From: Perna viridis
Lineage: Eukaryota
Direction of reading: 5' to 3'
NCBI GenBank assembly: GCA_037379345.1
Contig: CM074514.1
Span: 37,386,001-37,450,000 of the forward strand
Length of the DNA: 64,000 nucleotides
Positions 1 to 11,979 of this stretch are shown here, piece after piece (position 1 is the first letter of the stretch; every line of letters begins with the position of its first letter). Position numbers and translations under genes: made by a program. The notes below the pieces were generated by a model that made no database searches, was not told the DNA's origin, and was given only the letters and a program-made list of their open reading frames with translations.

Positions 1-173
1 ATTCTACTGTACATTCTTTAGATTTTATAACCTATATACAGGATTTATAAGAAAAGCAACATGTTAATTTCTGTTTAGTTTAACATTTTAAACAAAATAT
101 AAAAGATAAAAATATGTAGGCTTTCCAGCCATGAATCACATTTTGCATGATTCTTTGCTGGAGTGCAACTTAA
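1..173. mobile_element. Right end of TTAA-flanked MITE family K1 (cut by window edge)
   Basis: Matches the 3' ends of copies at 22852, 26679 and 51746 (ATGTAGGCTTT..CCATGAATCACATTTTGCATGATTCTT..CTGGAGT..ACTTAA). Confidence 0.8.
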
Positions 174-402
174 AATTTGGTGTATACAGGCATTGTATAG
201 TAGCATAGTATGTGGCATTTATAAAAATGAGGGATAACTTGTTACTTTGAAGCCAAAAATGGATATCTTGAATATGGAGACTTGTGCCCTTTCTGCTGTG
301 ATGTCACTGTAAGTTAGAACACTGAAGTTGTATCTTTAGAATAACATACTTCAGTGCAAATCTAAGAGGTATTCTGTCCATTTATATGTTCTTGTAATAA
401 AT

Positions 403-745
403 CCTACCTATCCTGTCTGCTCCTGTTGGAGCATAAAGTCAACACAAGACTTTGCCATTCAGCATGAATCTTTGCCAACACCTCAGCTTGCCCAATGTCA
501 TTTCAAATTTTTTATCTCAATTTCAACAGTCTTTCACCATTTGGTATTAGGTCGGCCTTTTACCCTGTGACGTCCATCTAAGGGCTGTTTTCTTGATGTT
601 TGAACTCGAAAAACATGGTTTAGCTATTGGAAGCACTATAGTTGATTAAATCTATGATGCAGATCTCAATGGATTCTGTTAATTTGAGTAGATTAATAAA
701 GTTTTCATGAAAGGCATGGCACAAACACTAAATGTTACAATCCTT
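403..745 (-). mobile_element. Decayed 3' end of an RTE-clade LINE
   Basis: Minus strand reads, with frameshifts/stops, KTALRWTSQGK..GRPNTKW.KTVEIE..GQAEVLAK..EWQSLVLTLCS. This resembles the RTE ORF C-terminus (ALRWTPxGKRxRGRPKxTWRRTVE..WRxLVxALC) and is followed by a short GATAGGTAGG tail. Confidence 0.7.
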
Positions 746-758
746 TAGTCATTTAGGT

Positions 759-1263
759 TTCCCGCACAATAACTAATTGCATGCAAAACGCTTACCAAAC
801 GCATGATAAATGAATGCTATTGTGCGTATAAAGGAATGATCCTGCAGTGTGTTTAAAGGCATGATAAATGAATGTGGCCAGCGTATGTTTAAATGAACAA
901 TCTTAGGATGCATTTAAATGCACAATAGACAAACGAGGAAAAATAATAATACTTACAATTGATGAAGAAAGTGAAAATAAAAAAATATATATAAATAATA
1001 CTGAAAATTAATAGTAAAAAATTTTAAATAATAACAAAATGCAAATAATGAGATTACAAAAATAAAAAATGCTTCCAACTTTAAAACAAACTTTAAACAA
1101 GCGCTTTTATCGTGCATTTATATGACTGCTATAATGGGTTTAAAAGAACGCTTCTATCGTGCATTTTAACGAATGTTTCTTTTGTATGTTTATTGTTAGT
1201 TTTAGCACACGCAAAACACTCAGCGAAGGCATGTTAATTGATGTATGTACACTAGAATGGGAA
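759..1263. mobile_element. Possible degenerate foldback/MITE with inverted subterminal repeats
   Basis: Left arm repeats AAACGCATGATAAATGAATG-like motifs; right arm carries reverse-complement-like motifs (GCTTTTATCGTGCATTT); A-rich centre; TTCCC...GGGAA ends. Confidence 0.35.
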
Positions 1264-1329
1264 ATGTAAACGTTTCAAGTATACAGTATGACAAATTCAT
1301 CCATTATTTCAGACTTCTGATTTGACATT

Positions 1330-1555
1330 ATCAACAACTCTGTGGATGTGTCAAGATAAGCAGAGATTTCTTGCCCTATCGGTGCACCTAGTTCATAATC
1401 CCAAATTTTAGTCTTATCTTGTTTGCTCATTAATTCTGTAATTGTTGAACATATTCTTATAATTAATTGGTGTTTTTATGGTCTGTTAAATCTTGGTCTA
1501 GTCTTCGTCCCTGGATCAAAAATGCCATTTTTTTTGTTCTAATCATGATCTTGCT
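1330..1555 (+). mobile_element. Old, degenerate copy of the Penelope-like (Naiad-type) 3' end
   Basis: CAACAACTCTGTGGATGTG..AAGCAGAG..CCCTATCGGTGCACCTAG..TTGCTCAT..GTCCCTGGAT aligns to 25131-25371. Confidence 0.6.
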
Positions 1556-2224
1556 GCCATACATGCATATTCTTTTATTGAAACCTTGAAAATTAATTAT
1601 TTATATATTTAGAAATTGTTGTTAAATCTTGAATAATTTTCATTTCAAGTGATAGTACTACATCTATATACATAGACCTATGTTTGGAAAGCTTCTATAA
1701 ATAATGCTGATTCAGCAAGTTTTTTAATGAAAAAAGGTATTGCTTTAAAACATCCAGAGATGTTAAAACCTGTTCTTATGATTTTAATTGTATTTCTTTT
1801 GTGCAAGTAAGTTTATATTGGGCCCTCAGACAAATTTAGTTAACATTGATTTAAACAAAATTCTTTCAGAATTTTTTACATAAATCTATTTGAAAATACA
1901 AATTTAGGTCATAAGATTTCAAACTATATATTAAACTGCTTTTGTGTACAAAGTCCTGTTGTTGCAGGCATTTTTAAAATAATTTTGTTCTACAGTGATG
2001 CCATATATGGATCAAGTAGATGCATTTCTTTTTAAATTGATTAAGAATGTTGAAAAGAATAATAGGATTAAAGAGATGAAATAAAATATTTATTCAACAC
2101 AGATACAGGTATTGGTAAGAATTAGGCAAAACTCATGAGACTTTAAAAAGTTAAAGTTTAAAAGCCTGCTTATTAGATATTAAATGTACAATGTGGGTGT
2201 ATTAATCTTCTAGATAATGTGGAA

Positions 2225-2310
2225 GTTTGTTTGTTTGTTTGATTGATAGATTGATTGATTGATTGGTTGGTTGGTTGGCTGGTGTTGTTTCGACCTTTAG
2301 CTGATATTTT
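2225..2310 (-). repeat. (GTTT/GATT/GGTT)n microsatellite, probable SINE/LINE 3' tail
   Basis: Compound tetranucleotide run adjoining a short tail-like segment, as at 28075 and 34763. Confidence 0.55.
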
Positions 2311-2720
2311 TTTGTTCCATGTTGCTTTCTGTAAGGGGACAGAAATACTGGTGGCCGTCCAGTCACTTTCATGGACGCAGCTCCTCTGAAACCTTTTAAT
2401 GTATTATGTTCAAATTTTGTAGGATTGTTAGTCACCATATATAGTTGTCATATTGCATGGCCATTTTGACTTGACATATTTTTCTGGAGTTATGGGACTT
2501 TGTTGAATTTGTACAATCTTCACTACTGGAACGCTTTGTGGACGTAATTTCTCTGAAACCATTTAACAGGTTTTGCTAAAATTTTGTAGGATTGTTAGTC
2601 AACATATGTAGTTGAATATATTCCCCGCAATTTTGATTTGATAAATTTTAAGTTTTACATGAGTTATGAGGCTTTTGCAATTCAAACTTTTTTTATGATG
2701 GATGACGCATAGCAATCTTG
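2310..2720 (+). mobile_element. HINE-like (Helentron-associated) fragment with two ~175-bp internal repeats
   Basis: Two diverged copies of TGGACG..CTCTGAAACC..AAATTTTGTAGGATTGTTAGTCA..TAGTTG..GAGTTATG at ~2372 and ~2539. Confidence 0.5.
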
Positions 2721-2854
2721 TTGCATATGAAGATGAGAAATATGTTTTGTGGTTCAAACTTGGGCAAATATTTGATGTTAGCTGAGAAATTATTTCAGTG
2801 ATATATGTTTATCTTATGTCGATTTGAGTACCACATGTATTCTATTTGTCAGCA

Positions 2855-3062
2855 ACATTCCAAAGGAAAGCATTTGACCTCACTAAGACACATTATTTTT
2901 TTTTTTACTCAAACAAATCAGTGGTCATTCTCTTGTCCTTTATGCCACATGCTTGGCAGAGAAGCTGTTAGTACCAATTTTATAATTTTGTGATGACTTA
3001 GTGGGATAATCACCCCATGATCTTTCATACCTTAGACAAAAATGATACCACAAAACCACCTA
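2855..3062 (-). mobile_element. Degenerate Meta-domain-type SINE
   Basis: Reverse strand has TATAAAATTGGTACTAACAGCTTCTCTGCCAAGCATGTGGCATAAAGG..ATAATGTGTC, similar to the copy at 42255 and to the mollusc Meta-SINE core as I recall it. Confidence 0.6.
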
Positions 3063-3175
3063 ACAAGGTAAAAGTTAGAAAGGTGATGTCAGTCTTGCTG
3101 GTCCAAGATTTAACAGTTGTACTGTAAGGGAATATAAGTAAGAAATCAAAGTGATTATTCTTGAACTTTGTATAA

Positions 3176-3590
3176 TTAAGAAGGAGTCCATGCAAAAACC
3201 AGGCAGTGGGTGGCATAGGTCAAATTTTGTTTAAAACAATTTTCACCCATTTTATATCAAGATGCATCCTTTCTCAAAGTTGAATGTTGGTTTTTGGTTA
3301 CCAGTAACTGGAACAGTTTTGGAGAAATAAATTTCATAGAAAGCACTGAAATTCATTGAAAAAGAGAAATAACTCTTCATTTTGTGCAAAATTTTGTTGC
3401 TTTCTAAGGAAACATAAAAATGTTTTCTGAGCCATCCATTATTGATTTAATAAAATCTTAGTACTATTGGATATATTCATTGTAAATGATATAAATATTA
3501 CATTGGAACAAAAAATTCTTTGAGATAAAATTTACCCTATGCCACCCATATAATAAGATCTGCCTGATTTAAACATGGACAGCCTCTTAA
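3176..3590. mobile_element. TTAA-flanked MITE family K3 (Kolobok-like)
   Basis: TTAA on both sides; TIR GAAGGAGTCCATGCAAAAACCAGGCAG vs CTGCCTGATTTAAACATGGACAGCCTC; purine-purine termini. Partial copies at 9243-9330 and ~16660-16864. Confidence 0.75.
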
Positions 3591-3758
3591 AAGTTCAAGT
3601 GGTTTAGAATGTGGAGAAATTGGTTTTTTAAGGATTTTTTTTTTCTTTTTTGGTATTGGGAAAAGGAACAGGTTAATACAAGATATTTGCTTTATTTAAT
3701 AAATATGGATTTTCCTTCAGGAATTAGTCGATTTGATCATTTCTCCAACTGCTCAAGA

Positions 3759-3951
3759 TACTGTGAAAGTACTTTTATTCGTGGGTACCAGTTTTCGTGG
3801 ATTAGGGAAGAAACACAAATTTATGGTTTTGACGTTTTAAGTATACACATAAATGGAAATCTTCTTTACGTTGGTATCCAAATTTCCTGGTTTAGCCTAC
3901 CCATGAAACCACATAAATTAGTACCCCACGAACAATAATACTTTCACAGTA
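3759..3951. mobile_element. TA-flanked MITE family M1 (TACTGTGAAAGTA...TACTTTCACAGTA)
   Basis: Perfect 13-bp terminal inverted repeat including TA; internal TTCGTGG/CCACGAA motifs. Confidence 0.85.
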
Positions 3952-4179
3952 GTAAAATTAAGATTTTCAACATGCAACCTTTAGCAAGCATGTTATAATC
4001 TTAATGTAACTATAGAGAGTGGAGAAGTAATTTAAATCAAGAGAAGGCTTAGAAAAATAGATTTCTTTATTTAAAGAAATCTGTAGAAACCTTGGAAAAT
4101 TTAAATGGTTGGAAAACTCTTGTAGAGATTTAATAACTTCTTATTCACCAGCTTAGAATGGGAGAAAGAATGATACATT

Positions 4180-4389
4180 TACTGTGAAGGGACTATTGTT
4201 TATGGTGTACCAATCTTCGTGGTTTTCGTGGGAGGGCCAACCCACAAAATTTGGTTCCCATCGAAAAGGAGATTTCCATTGATGTATATTCTGAAAGCCT
4301 CAAAACCATGAATTCAAGAATCCACGGACTTGTGTTTCTTCCCTAACCCACGAAAATTGGTATCCACGAATTTAAGTACTTTCACAGTA
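4180..4389. mobile_element. MITE family M1, opposite orientation to the 3759 copy
   Basis: TACTGTGAA...TTTCACAGTA ends; same internal motifs. Confidence 0.85.
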
Positions 4390-6449
4390 ATTCAAAATTG
4401 GTGCCCATATGCATTTTACATTATATAAAAGGCAGTGTATATTACACTGCTATTGTATTTATACTTCCTCAAGACTTTTGTCTTATCACATTTTTTATCA
4501 AATTTTAGATCTGCCAATGTACCAAGAGGGTATAGTTCAGGGTTAGACCCAGACACTTTGAAAAGGAGGGGTGCCAGCCAGGGTTCCTCAAAAAAAGGGG
4601 ATGCTAGGACATTGTCTACCATTTTTTGTTGTTGATTATGACAAATTTTCCAATAAAAATGCCAACCCCCTGCGACCCCCTTATTAACCTTATTAAGCTA
4701 CAAGTATATGAGTTTGTGATGGATAAGTATTAGTGATTAACCACTGCCTGATTTTTAAACAGGCTGATACTTCAAGTCTTTTAATGTGGGGTATGCCAGG
4801 ACACTGTATTTTCCTTTTGTGAATAGGTTTAAATTTATTATATTTAATGGCTACAGGAGACACATTCTTGCATATCAGTTTGATCTTGTATTCATTACCA
4901 GATTTGAACTCCTAGTTTTTCATTGCATACCTGATACCTCAGATGTCGTTAAATGCAAAACTTGTTTCTTTTCAGAAAATTGAAAACCTGAGAATTTGAA
5001 ATGATGACAATTTATTGAAAGCTCTGTATCACATGACTATTGATCCTATTACTTTGGAAAGATTGCATATGGCATGTACATTCGAGCCAGTGGCCAATCC
5101 ATTAACTTAGAAAAGGGGAGGCTCTTACTGGCCTAAGGGAGACCCACCCAATCAATTTACAGTGTTTTCTTTAAAATTACGAAACTTTTAAACCCTCCCC
5201 TTGATTCCAATTGCCAACACACCAGAATATTACTCTTCCTACTTTTCAGTTCTCAGTTGAAGTGAGTCCATGACTTGTCCTATTTTCTTTTAGTTGTAGT
5301 ATACTTATGTACCTGTCTGTCTGTCTGTCTGTCCCTCAGTTTTTTCTTTTATCCCTTAGATGTCAAACAATTTCCAATACTAAATAACACACAAAATGTT
5401 TGGTACTGTTTGTCTTCAATGGAAGCTTCCTCATGCTTATGGGACTTCTGATATTGGAAAAAAGGTGGCACATGTGTAATTAGTAAAATCTCAGTTCTTA
5501 ATTTAGATAAATTATGTTTCTTCATGCTACATGTATAACATAAAACTGGAAATAATTTAGGAAATAACCATTTGGTTTGTATTGGCATGTGTGCTAGGAT
5601 CTAATTTTGTGTCAAGAATTATTTTTTAAATTTTACCTCATTATCCTTTGATACTACCCAACTTAACAATTAAATTGTTACCCCCCTAGTTTATTTATTC
5701 CCCTGAATTTTACCCCATTTAAAGTGATATATATACAAATTATATAAAAAATGAAAACTGAAACTCAATATTGCTTTACAAAATCTATCATTGTAATATG
5801 AATTATTGAGATGAGTTCAATTGATCATGTATTTTTGTTTTTTGAGTAACAGCTGATTGACCCATTTACCAAAAACGAAAAAAGAAGACAACTTGATGGC
5901 AGTTGTGTGTAGGTGAGTCCAGCTCTCGTGTTTGGTTTCATTTCAATCATTGATCCCCCTGTAAATTATTTATTTCCAACCAAAAAGTATATTTTGGTTA
6001 TTTTCGACTATCTATAGCAGTTTTTGCAATCAAAGAATGTACTACCATAAATTGTAGCCATTTTGGTGGACTGATTCCAATTTTATCTGCCTAAACTTGA
6101 GAATTTTCTACAGAATGATAAAATTTTCCAGATAGTCAGGATGGCAGATAATGGCATTTTAAAAGGTTCATTTTAGGACTGTTGTTTTTATAAACCCTGC
6201 TGTATTTTTTACCTGTACATAACTGTCCAATCCTCCTCTGGTAAAATAATGAGTATTCCGTCTTATTTTTTCCAATTACAGTTGCTAATATAGAGGTAGT
6301 TAAAACATAAATATCTTCTTAATGACCATAATAACTTATTTTCAACAAAACCAGAAAAAAATAAACATACTTAATTTTTATTTTCCTCAGAGGTTTTCAG
6401 TTTATATACAGTTCAAGTTCATTTTTTTTGTAATGTTGATTAAAAGTGA

Positions 6450-6629
6450 TGCTGTAAAACCTATTAATTTTTGTGTTTACTAATTTTCATGGGATCTGTC
6501 AAGTAAACATATTTGCGGGTATCAATTTTCTTGGTTTCAGAAAATGATAAGCATTCAAAAGTGTTAAAAATAATTTTTTTATGCTTTTCTGTTCATGGCG
6601 AATATAACGAAAATTAATACTTTTACAGT
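6450..6629. mobile_element. Degenerate M1-related MITE
   Basis: TGCTGTAAAA...TTTTACAGT ends with AATTTTC/GAAAATT internal motifs. Confidence 0.5.
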
Positions 6630-6844
6630 TTAGTATCCAGATATGGAACACAGGATAATGAAAAAGGGAAAAAATTGTAAAAAAAAAATAAGGGGAGTTG
6701 GTGCTGAATCCTTACCTCAAGTAGTGGCTATTATTTTGATATGTTTTTCTCAGATTGTACTATTAGTTGACATTGTTGTGTTAACCTGACTTCTCTGCAT
6801 TTGTCCATGCCACTCATACTGCAGCACTTCAATTTGAGCAGTCT

Positions 6845-7096
6845 TTTTGAAGTTGCCTGGGTATCACTTACTTTGAAGTTGCCCTGGTTTCATTTGCTTT
6901 GAAGTTGCCCAGGTATCACTTATTTGGAAGTGGTCCTGGTATCACTTGGTTTGAAGTTGTCCGGGTATTACTTGCTTTGAAATGGCCCGGGTATCACTTG
7001 CTTTGAGGTGGCCCTAGTATTACTTGCTTTGAAGTTGCTTGGGTATCACTTGCTTTGAAGTTGCCTGAGTATCACTTGCTTTGAACTTGCCCAGGT
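6845..7096. repeat. Minisatellite, 26-bp unit, ~10 copies
   Basis: Unit TTGCTTTGAAGTTGCCCGGGTATCAC; period measured 6849 to 6875. Confidence 0.95.
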
Positions 7097-7135
7097 TATT
7101 TTCTAAATTGTGTCTATATTGCCATGTCAAAACAA

Positions 7136-7365
7136 TAAGGCCAAACAAAAAAATGTGCATGTTTCCATTAACAAACATCGAGTGTGGACTTTTTTATTGT
7201 TATAATTTTTTAACATTGAGTCTTTGGGAGAAACATCCTGATTTTAACAATGCTTTAAAAATTAAAACAAAGGCAACAAAAAAAATTCAGGGTACATCAT
7301 TTTAAACTGGAAAAATTGGATGGGTAGGATAATAGGAAACACATATATTTTTTTACTTGGCCTAA
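7136..7365. mobile_element. PIF/Harbinger-like MITE
   Basis: TAA target duplication, GGCC termini, ~28-bp imperfect TIR (GGCCAAACAAAAAAATGTGCATGTTTCC / GGAAACACATATATTTTTTTACTTGGCC). Confidence 0.75.
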
Positions 7366-9385
7366 TAACAAAAGATTTAGCTAACTCAGGGAGCCTCACA
7401 TTTCCCAGAGGTTCTGAGCCTCATCTGTACATCTGAGTTCAGTAAGTTGAGATTCTTTTAGTCTGCAATGCATATTTATGGTATCAAAAAGGGAAAAAAA
7501 TTGGTTAGACAATTTTTAGCTCAACATAGATATTAAAATTTCAAAAGGGAATTCTTACAGATCTTATTTATTGTATTTAAACATGAAAGAGGTCGGTTTT
7601 CTCTCTGAAGATGCAAATATCACTTCCTATTGCTTCCCAAAGCTGTATCATTGTAAATTTTTAGAAGTACTAAATTTGAAATAAATCCCATTAAAAATTA
7701 TTTTTAAATGTGTGGTTTATTTGTTCTTCTTTTAAAATCCTTTTTTGACAAAGGAATGTTGCACTAACTATTTAGTATGACTAAAATACAATTTAAATTG
7801 TTTGAATACTATCTAATTTCCTATCTATGAAAGAAATATATAGATTTACACTATAGTATACAGCTTGATTGAAGCTTGTCCAAAAATGAGGTCAGTTTGG
7901 ATTTTGCTTGATAGTTTCAATTTCTGCCTTTTTCTAGGGATTACAATCAGAACAAACAAGTCTATGGTTGTGTTTATTAATAATAATAATAATAATAAAT
8001 AATAAATAGGAGAGTAATCTCACTCCTTTACAGACTTGGTAATCTAGACACCCTCACTTTTTTAGATCAGCATAATGCATAGCAAGCTATATTTATTAAA
8101 AGGCAACTAGTATTTAACACTTTTAAAGTAATAGTTGCAAAATATTATCTAATAAAATTTTCACACCCTTTTGTAATGAAGGAGAAGGAAATCTTTTTAG
8201 TGTTAAAACCATTTCATAAGTAATAGTTAAAAATTTTCTCACGTTCAGGTCTGTTAAGTTCATTTTAACAGAGTTAAAAGTAACTGTTCTATTGTTTATA
8301 TTGGGTAATTTATTTGACCTAGGTAGATGTTAAATGTTTAGTAAACCTTATCTGAATAAACACATAGATAGGAACTATTTGGAAGCTGTTCAGCCATGTG
8401 GAAATGGAATGTGTAAGAAGAAAAAAGAATACAATTGAATACACATTCCTGAGGTAATTTTCTATCATCTGTGATGTGTATTGCCTCCCAGTGTTGTGTA
8501 TTGGGTTCTCTGACAGGTCAATGATTTGGAAAGAATTTCTGTGAGTATGTAAATGATTTGATTATCGAAATAGAATTGATTATTAAACTTACAAACTTTT
8601 TACAAGATTTATTGATATTTTTGGTTCATTACACAGGAAAAATTTAATTATTTTCTTTATCAAGTGGTATTTTGATAGAATGTGGCCTCTTAGTGCTACA
8701 ATTGTCACAATAATCAATTTAAACAATACTTAAGGTTACTCCATGAATACCAGCTACTGGTAATTAAACTTTGACTTTTAATTTCTTATATACCTCCCTT
8801 TTTATTATAAAAGTACCCCCTTGTATTATTCTATCTCTGTAAGGGAGGATAAATTGAAAATAGGTCAATATTTAAATACTTCAATAAATTAGAGTAGAAA
8901 AAAAATGTATGACACTTTCAGTTGTTCAATATATAGAATTCAACTTTTTTACTTTCCATGGTAATTAGTATTCTATTTTAGGTTCCCACTGGGATCTTGT
9001 TAAACCTTATTTCTTAACTCATGGGTCAAAAAGTCAGTACATGTATTACAGAATAGACTTCATCATTTATTTCAGGCCTGTATTACTTATGCACTTGAAA
9101 AATAATTATTGAAAGATTAAAATATGTGGATGTAAAAATAAAAATATTTTGCAACTATTTTAAATGTATCATCTATCAATCAATTTATCAAATTTAAACT
9201 TTTCTGCTTAGTTTATCAGCCAAAATTTCTTATAAATCATGTTTTAAGAGAATTTCCATGTAAAAATCGGGCAGATCCTGTGATTTGAGTTGCACAGGGT
9301 AAATTTTATCTTATGGAATGTTTTGTTCTTTTGTGATGTTTATATAAAATGTATATAGAAGGGTCTGAAAAATTGGCAACGATGT

Positions 9386-9535
9386 TAGAAGTGTCAAATT
9401 TTGGTTGTTCCCTCCGCGGAACTCGAACTCATACTGCCTGCACTAAGTCCAGTGCCCTAGACCACTCAGCCAGCTAGGCTATATGAAATGTAGCTTTCGC
9501 TGGCCGGGTCATTCCTTCTTGTAGGATTAATCTAG
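9386..9535 (-). mobile_element. tRNA-derived (Leu-like) repeat head, not a functional tRNA
   Basis: Minus strand: A box TGGCTGAGTGGT, CTAGGGCACTGGACTTAG, B box GTTCGAGTTCC, then GGGAACAACCAAAATTTG. The acceptor stem does not close; second copy at 27285. Confidence 0.7.
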
Positions 9536-9980
9536 GGCACTTTGAGAAAGGACGCATTTGTGTTATGAATTTGGTTAAAAATGTTTGAAAACAAAATTTG
9601 TCATGTGTCACACTCTGCCTGGTTTTTGCCTGGACACCCTCTTAATACTTTAAACAGGTACTAATATATTTCCATCATGTTATCATAATTTATGTAACCT
9701 ACAACTTTGAAGAATAAATTTGATTTGATAAAGTTTGATAGGATAAAGATACCTTACTGATAATAATACATTAGGTTTTGCAAGCAACACATTTTTACAT
9801 CTTTTGGTTAACCCAAGTACTTAAGTTATTTGATATATCAATGAAAGTAGGTTCTTCCCTGTGTTTTATTTTTCAAGTACTTAAGTACGTCCATGAGTAC
9901 TTTTCCTTAGGTTACAATCACTATTTGAACAGATTGTCACAGTTATAAACCATTTTATACACGATATTGTTGACGATATT

Positions 9981-10218
9981 CATACATGTTAACCCTCCAT
10001 CATTTGAGGGGAGGTGGGGAGGGTATCCAATAAAATTAATGAAATAAACAGTATTGTAAGATTTGTGTGAAGTTTTGGGTAGAAATTTTGTTCTGTGAAA
10101 AATATTAAATGATTAAATTTTTATTTCATAAATTTGGTTTAATGTTAAAATATCCTGCATGATACAATTTCAAAGTGGAAGAATCTCCCACATGAACTGT
10201 TCCAAGGTTAACAGAAAT
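9981..10218. mobile_element. CATAC-terminus non-autonomous DNA element
   Basis: CATACATGTTAACC...TCTCCCACATGAACTGTTCCAAGGTTAACAG; same family as 55779-56051. Confidence 0.55.
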
Positions 10219-11424
10219 AAATATTTTACAACCTATTTTAGACAATTTTGATAAAAAAAATATAATATGAACTTCAACCTATTTAACTTTCCCATTTTTC
10301 AACAGTGAATACTGTCATAAGTAGTTTTTTATCTTGCTTAGTGGATATTGGAGATATTAATGTGCTGACATATCTATAACAGTGATTGGCTTAGGTCAAG
10401 ACATCTAGTTTGTCCTGTTAGTTTTAAGTATGTGCCTTGAATTTTTGGTTACAGGGTATCAGGTGATGCTTAGAATTAAAAATATAGTAGTAAGTGAAGA
10501 AACTTAATATTAATCTTTCATCCCTTTGAACTTAAATTCTGAACTGGATGTAAGACTTTGCGGGAAATTTAGGAATAAATATCTAGGAAGGATGGATCAC
10601 TTAAACTTCATTTTATTCAACTCTATAGTGCATCTATTCGTTCCTGAAGCTTAGGGTAACAAGCTTGATATTCCAATCACATTTTCTTGGTGTGAACACA
10701 AATATTAAACAATGTCTACTATTAAATTTCTATTTTTCTATGTCTTTAATCCATCTTTATTTGATTCATGCAGTATATAGATGATGTCTGCATCTGAGGT
10801 GCAGACTTGATACGACTTGAGAATAACTCCCAAGTTGTAAAGCAAATCCTAAAGTACAAAGCTATGAAGTCAAATTGAGATGTTTGAACTAAGTAACATT
10901 TCCTATTATTGATTCAGATCAAACATCATACTGATTCAGATGTTTTAACGACTAATGTCGTAAACATGCTCTTTTTGGAATCAATATTAGAACTTTTTTC
11001 CGATAGCTAGATGCCTCCTACACTTAGATACTAAAGAATAGTAGAGTTTGTGAAAGGAAGTTTGAAAATAAACGGAAATTCTCCTTGTAACTTGATAAGA
11101 TGGGTTAGGTAAGATAGGGGAATGAAATGGAGACTTTTTCTAAAGCAAGATAAGTGTAAATATATGAGATACAAAAGCAACTTGGGAAATGGTATCACAT
11201 TGAAAAGGTAAATATCACATTAAATAATGTTTAAACAAAACATAAAAATTAGAAAGGCAAACTGTGGTACATATTTCAAAATTTTCGACCAATAGGTCTT
11301 CTTGACGGAGGAATTGTGATAAAAAAATTGTTCACCATAAGAGCAATTGAAGCTAATAAAGAGAAGAATGAAGCTCCAAAAAAGAAATAGTGATCATGTC
11401 AAAAAGAAATCAATAGTAATTATA

Positions 11425-11635
11425 TACTGTGAATGTATTTTTGTTCAGTGGGGACCAATTTTCATGGTTTCTGTGGGTTTGTTTAACTATGAATTTTGGT
11501 TCCGAAGGAAAAGAAAATTTCCCATTCGTTTGTATTGTAAAGTTGTCAAATCCACAAATTCAAGAATCTACGAACAGATCGTTTTTCCCCAAACCACAAA
11601 TATTGGTACCCATGAATTAAAGTACTTCCCAAGTA
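11425..11635. mobile_element. MITE family M1
   Basis: TACTGTGAATGTA...TACTTCCCAAGTA; collinear with 4180-4389. Confidence 0.8.
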
Positions 11636-11811
11636 TTTGATATGGTAGTGAAACAATTACACAAATGCAAGTAGGATCTCTCTTTTCTCTATACATTGTA
11701 TGACCTACAGTTCAGTGAATATTGATGGCAATTTCTTTTTTCATGAAACTTAGAATTAGTAGAAACATATAGTACAACAACTTTTACCATGTTCACTTGC
11801 ATGTGGTTTAC

Positions 11812-11895
11812 TCATTTACATGCACCATTATGCCAAATGACATTTTGGGTGACGATAAAGGTATGCCACTTCTGCCTGTCCATTGCCATCTTCTG
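11812..11895 (-). mobile_element. Extreme 3' tail of an RTE-clade LINE
   Basis: Minus strand encodes QKMAMDRQKWHTFIVTQNVIWHNGA, resembling the RTE ORF end (AxDRQKWxxFVxALxAxxHNG). Confidence 0.55.
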
Positions 11896-11979
11896 TTAGG
11901 TTCCCTATTTCCCTCATTTAAATTTGATTTGACCCAACTGGTATGCTTCTTTATTTTCTTGATGAAGTAATAAAATATC

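Noticed and set aside
8370-8460. Possible first exon MECVRRKKNTIEYTFL ending GAG|GTAATT (similar case at 63680-63706)
   Set aside because: Only a donor-like site and a short ORF; expected by chance.
9386-9535. Functional tRNA gene
   Set aside because: Acceptor stem does not pair, no T-run terminator, and a diverged second copy shares non-tRNA flank.
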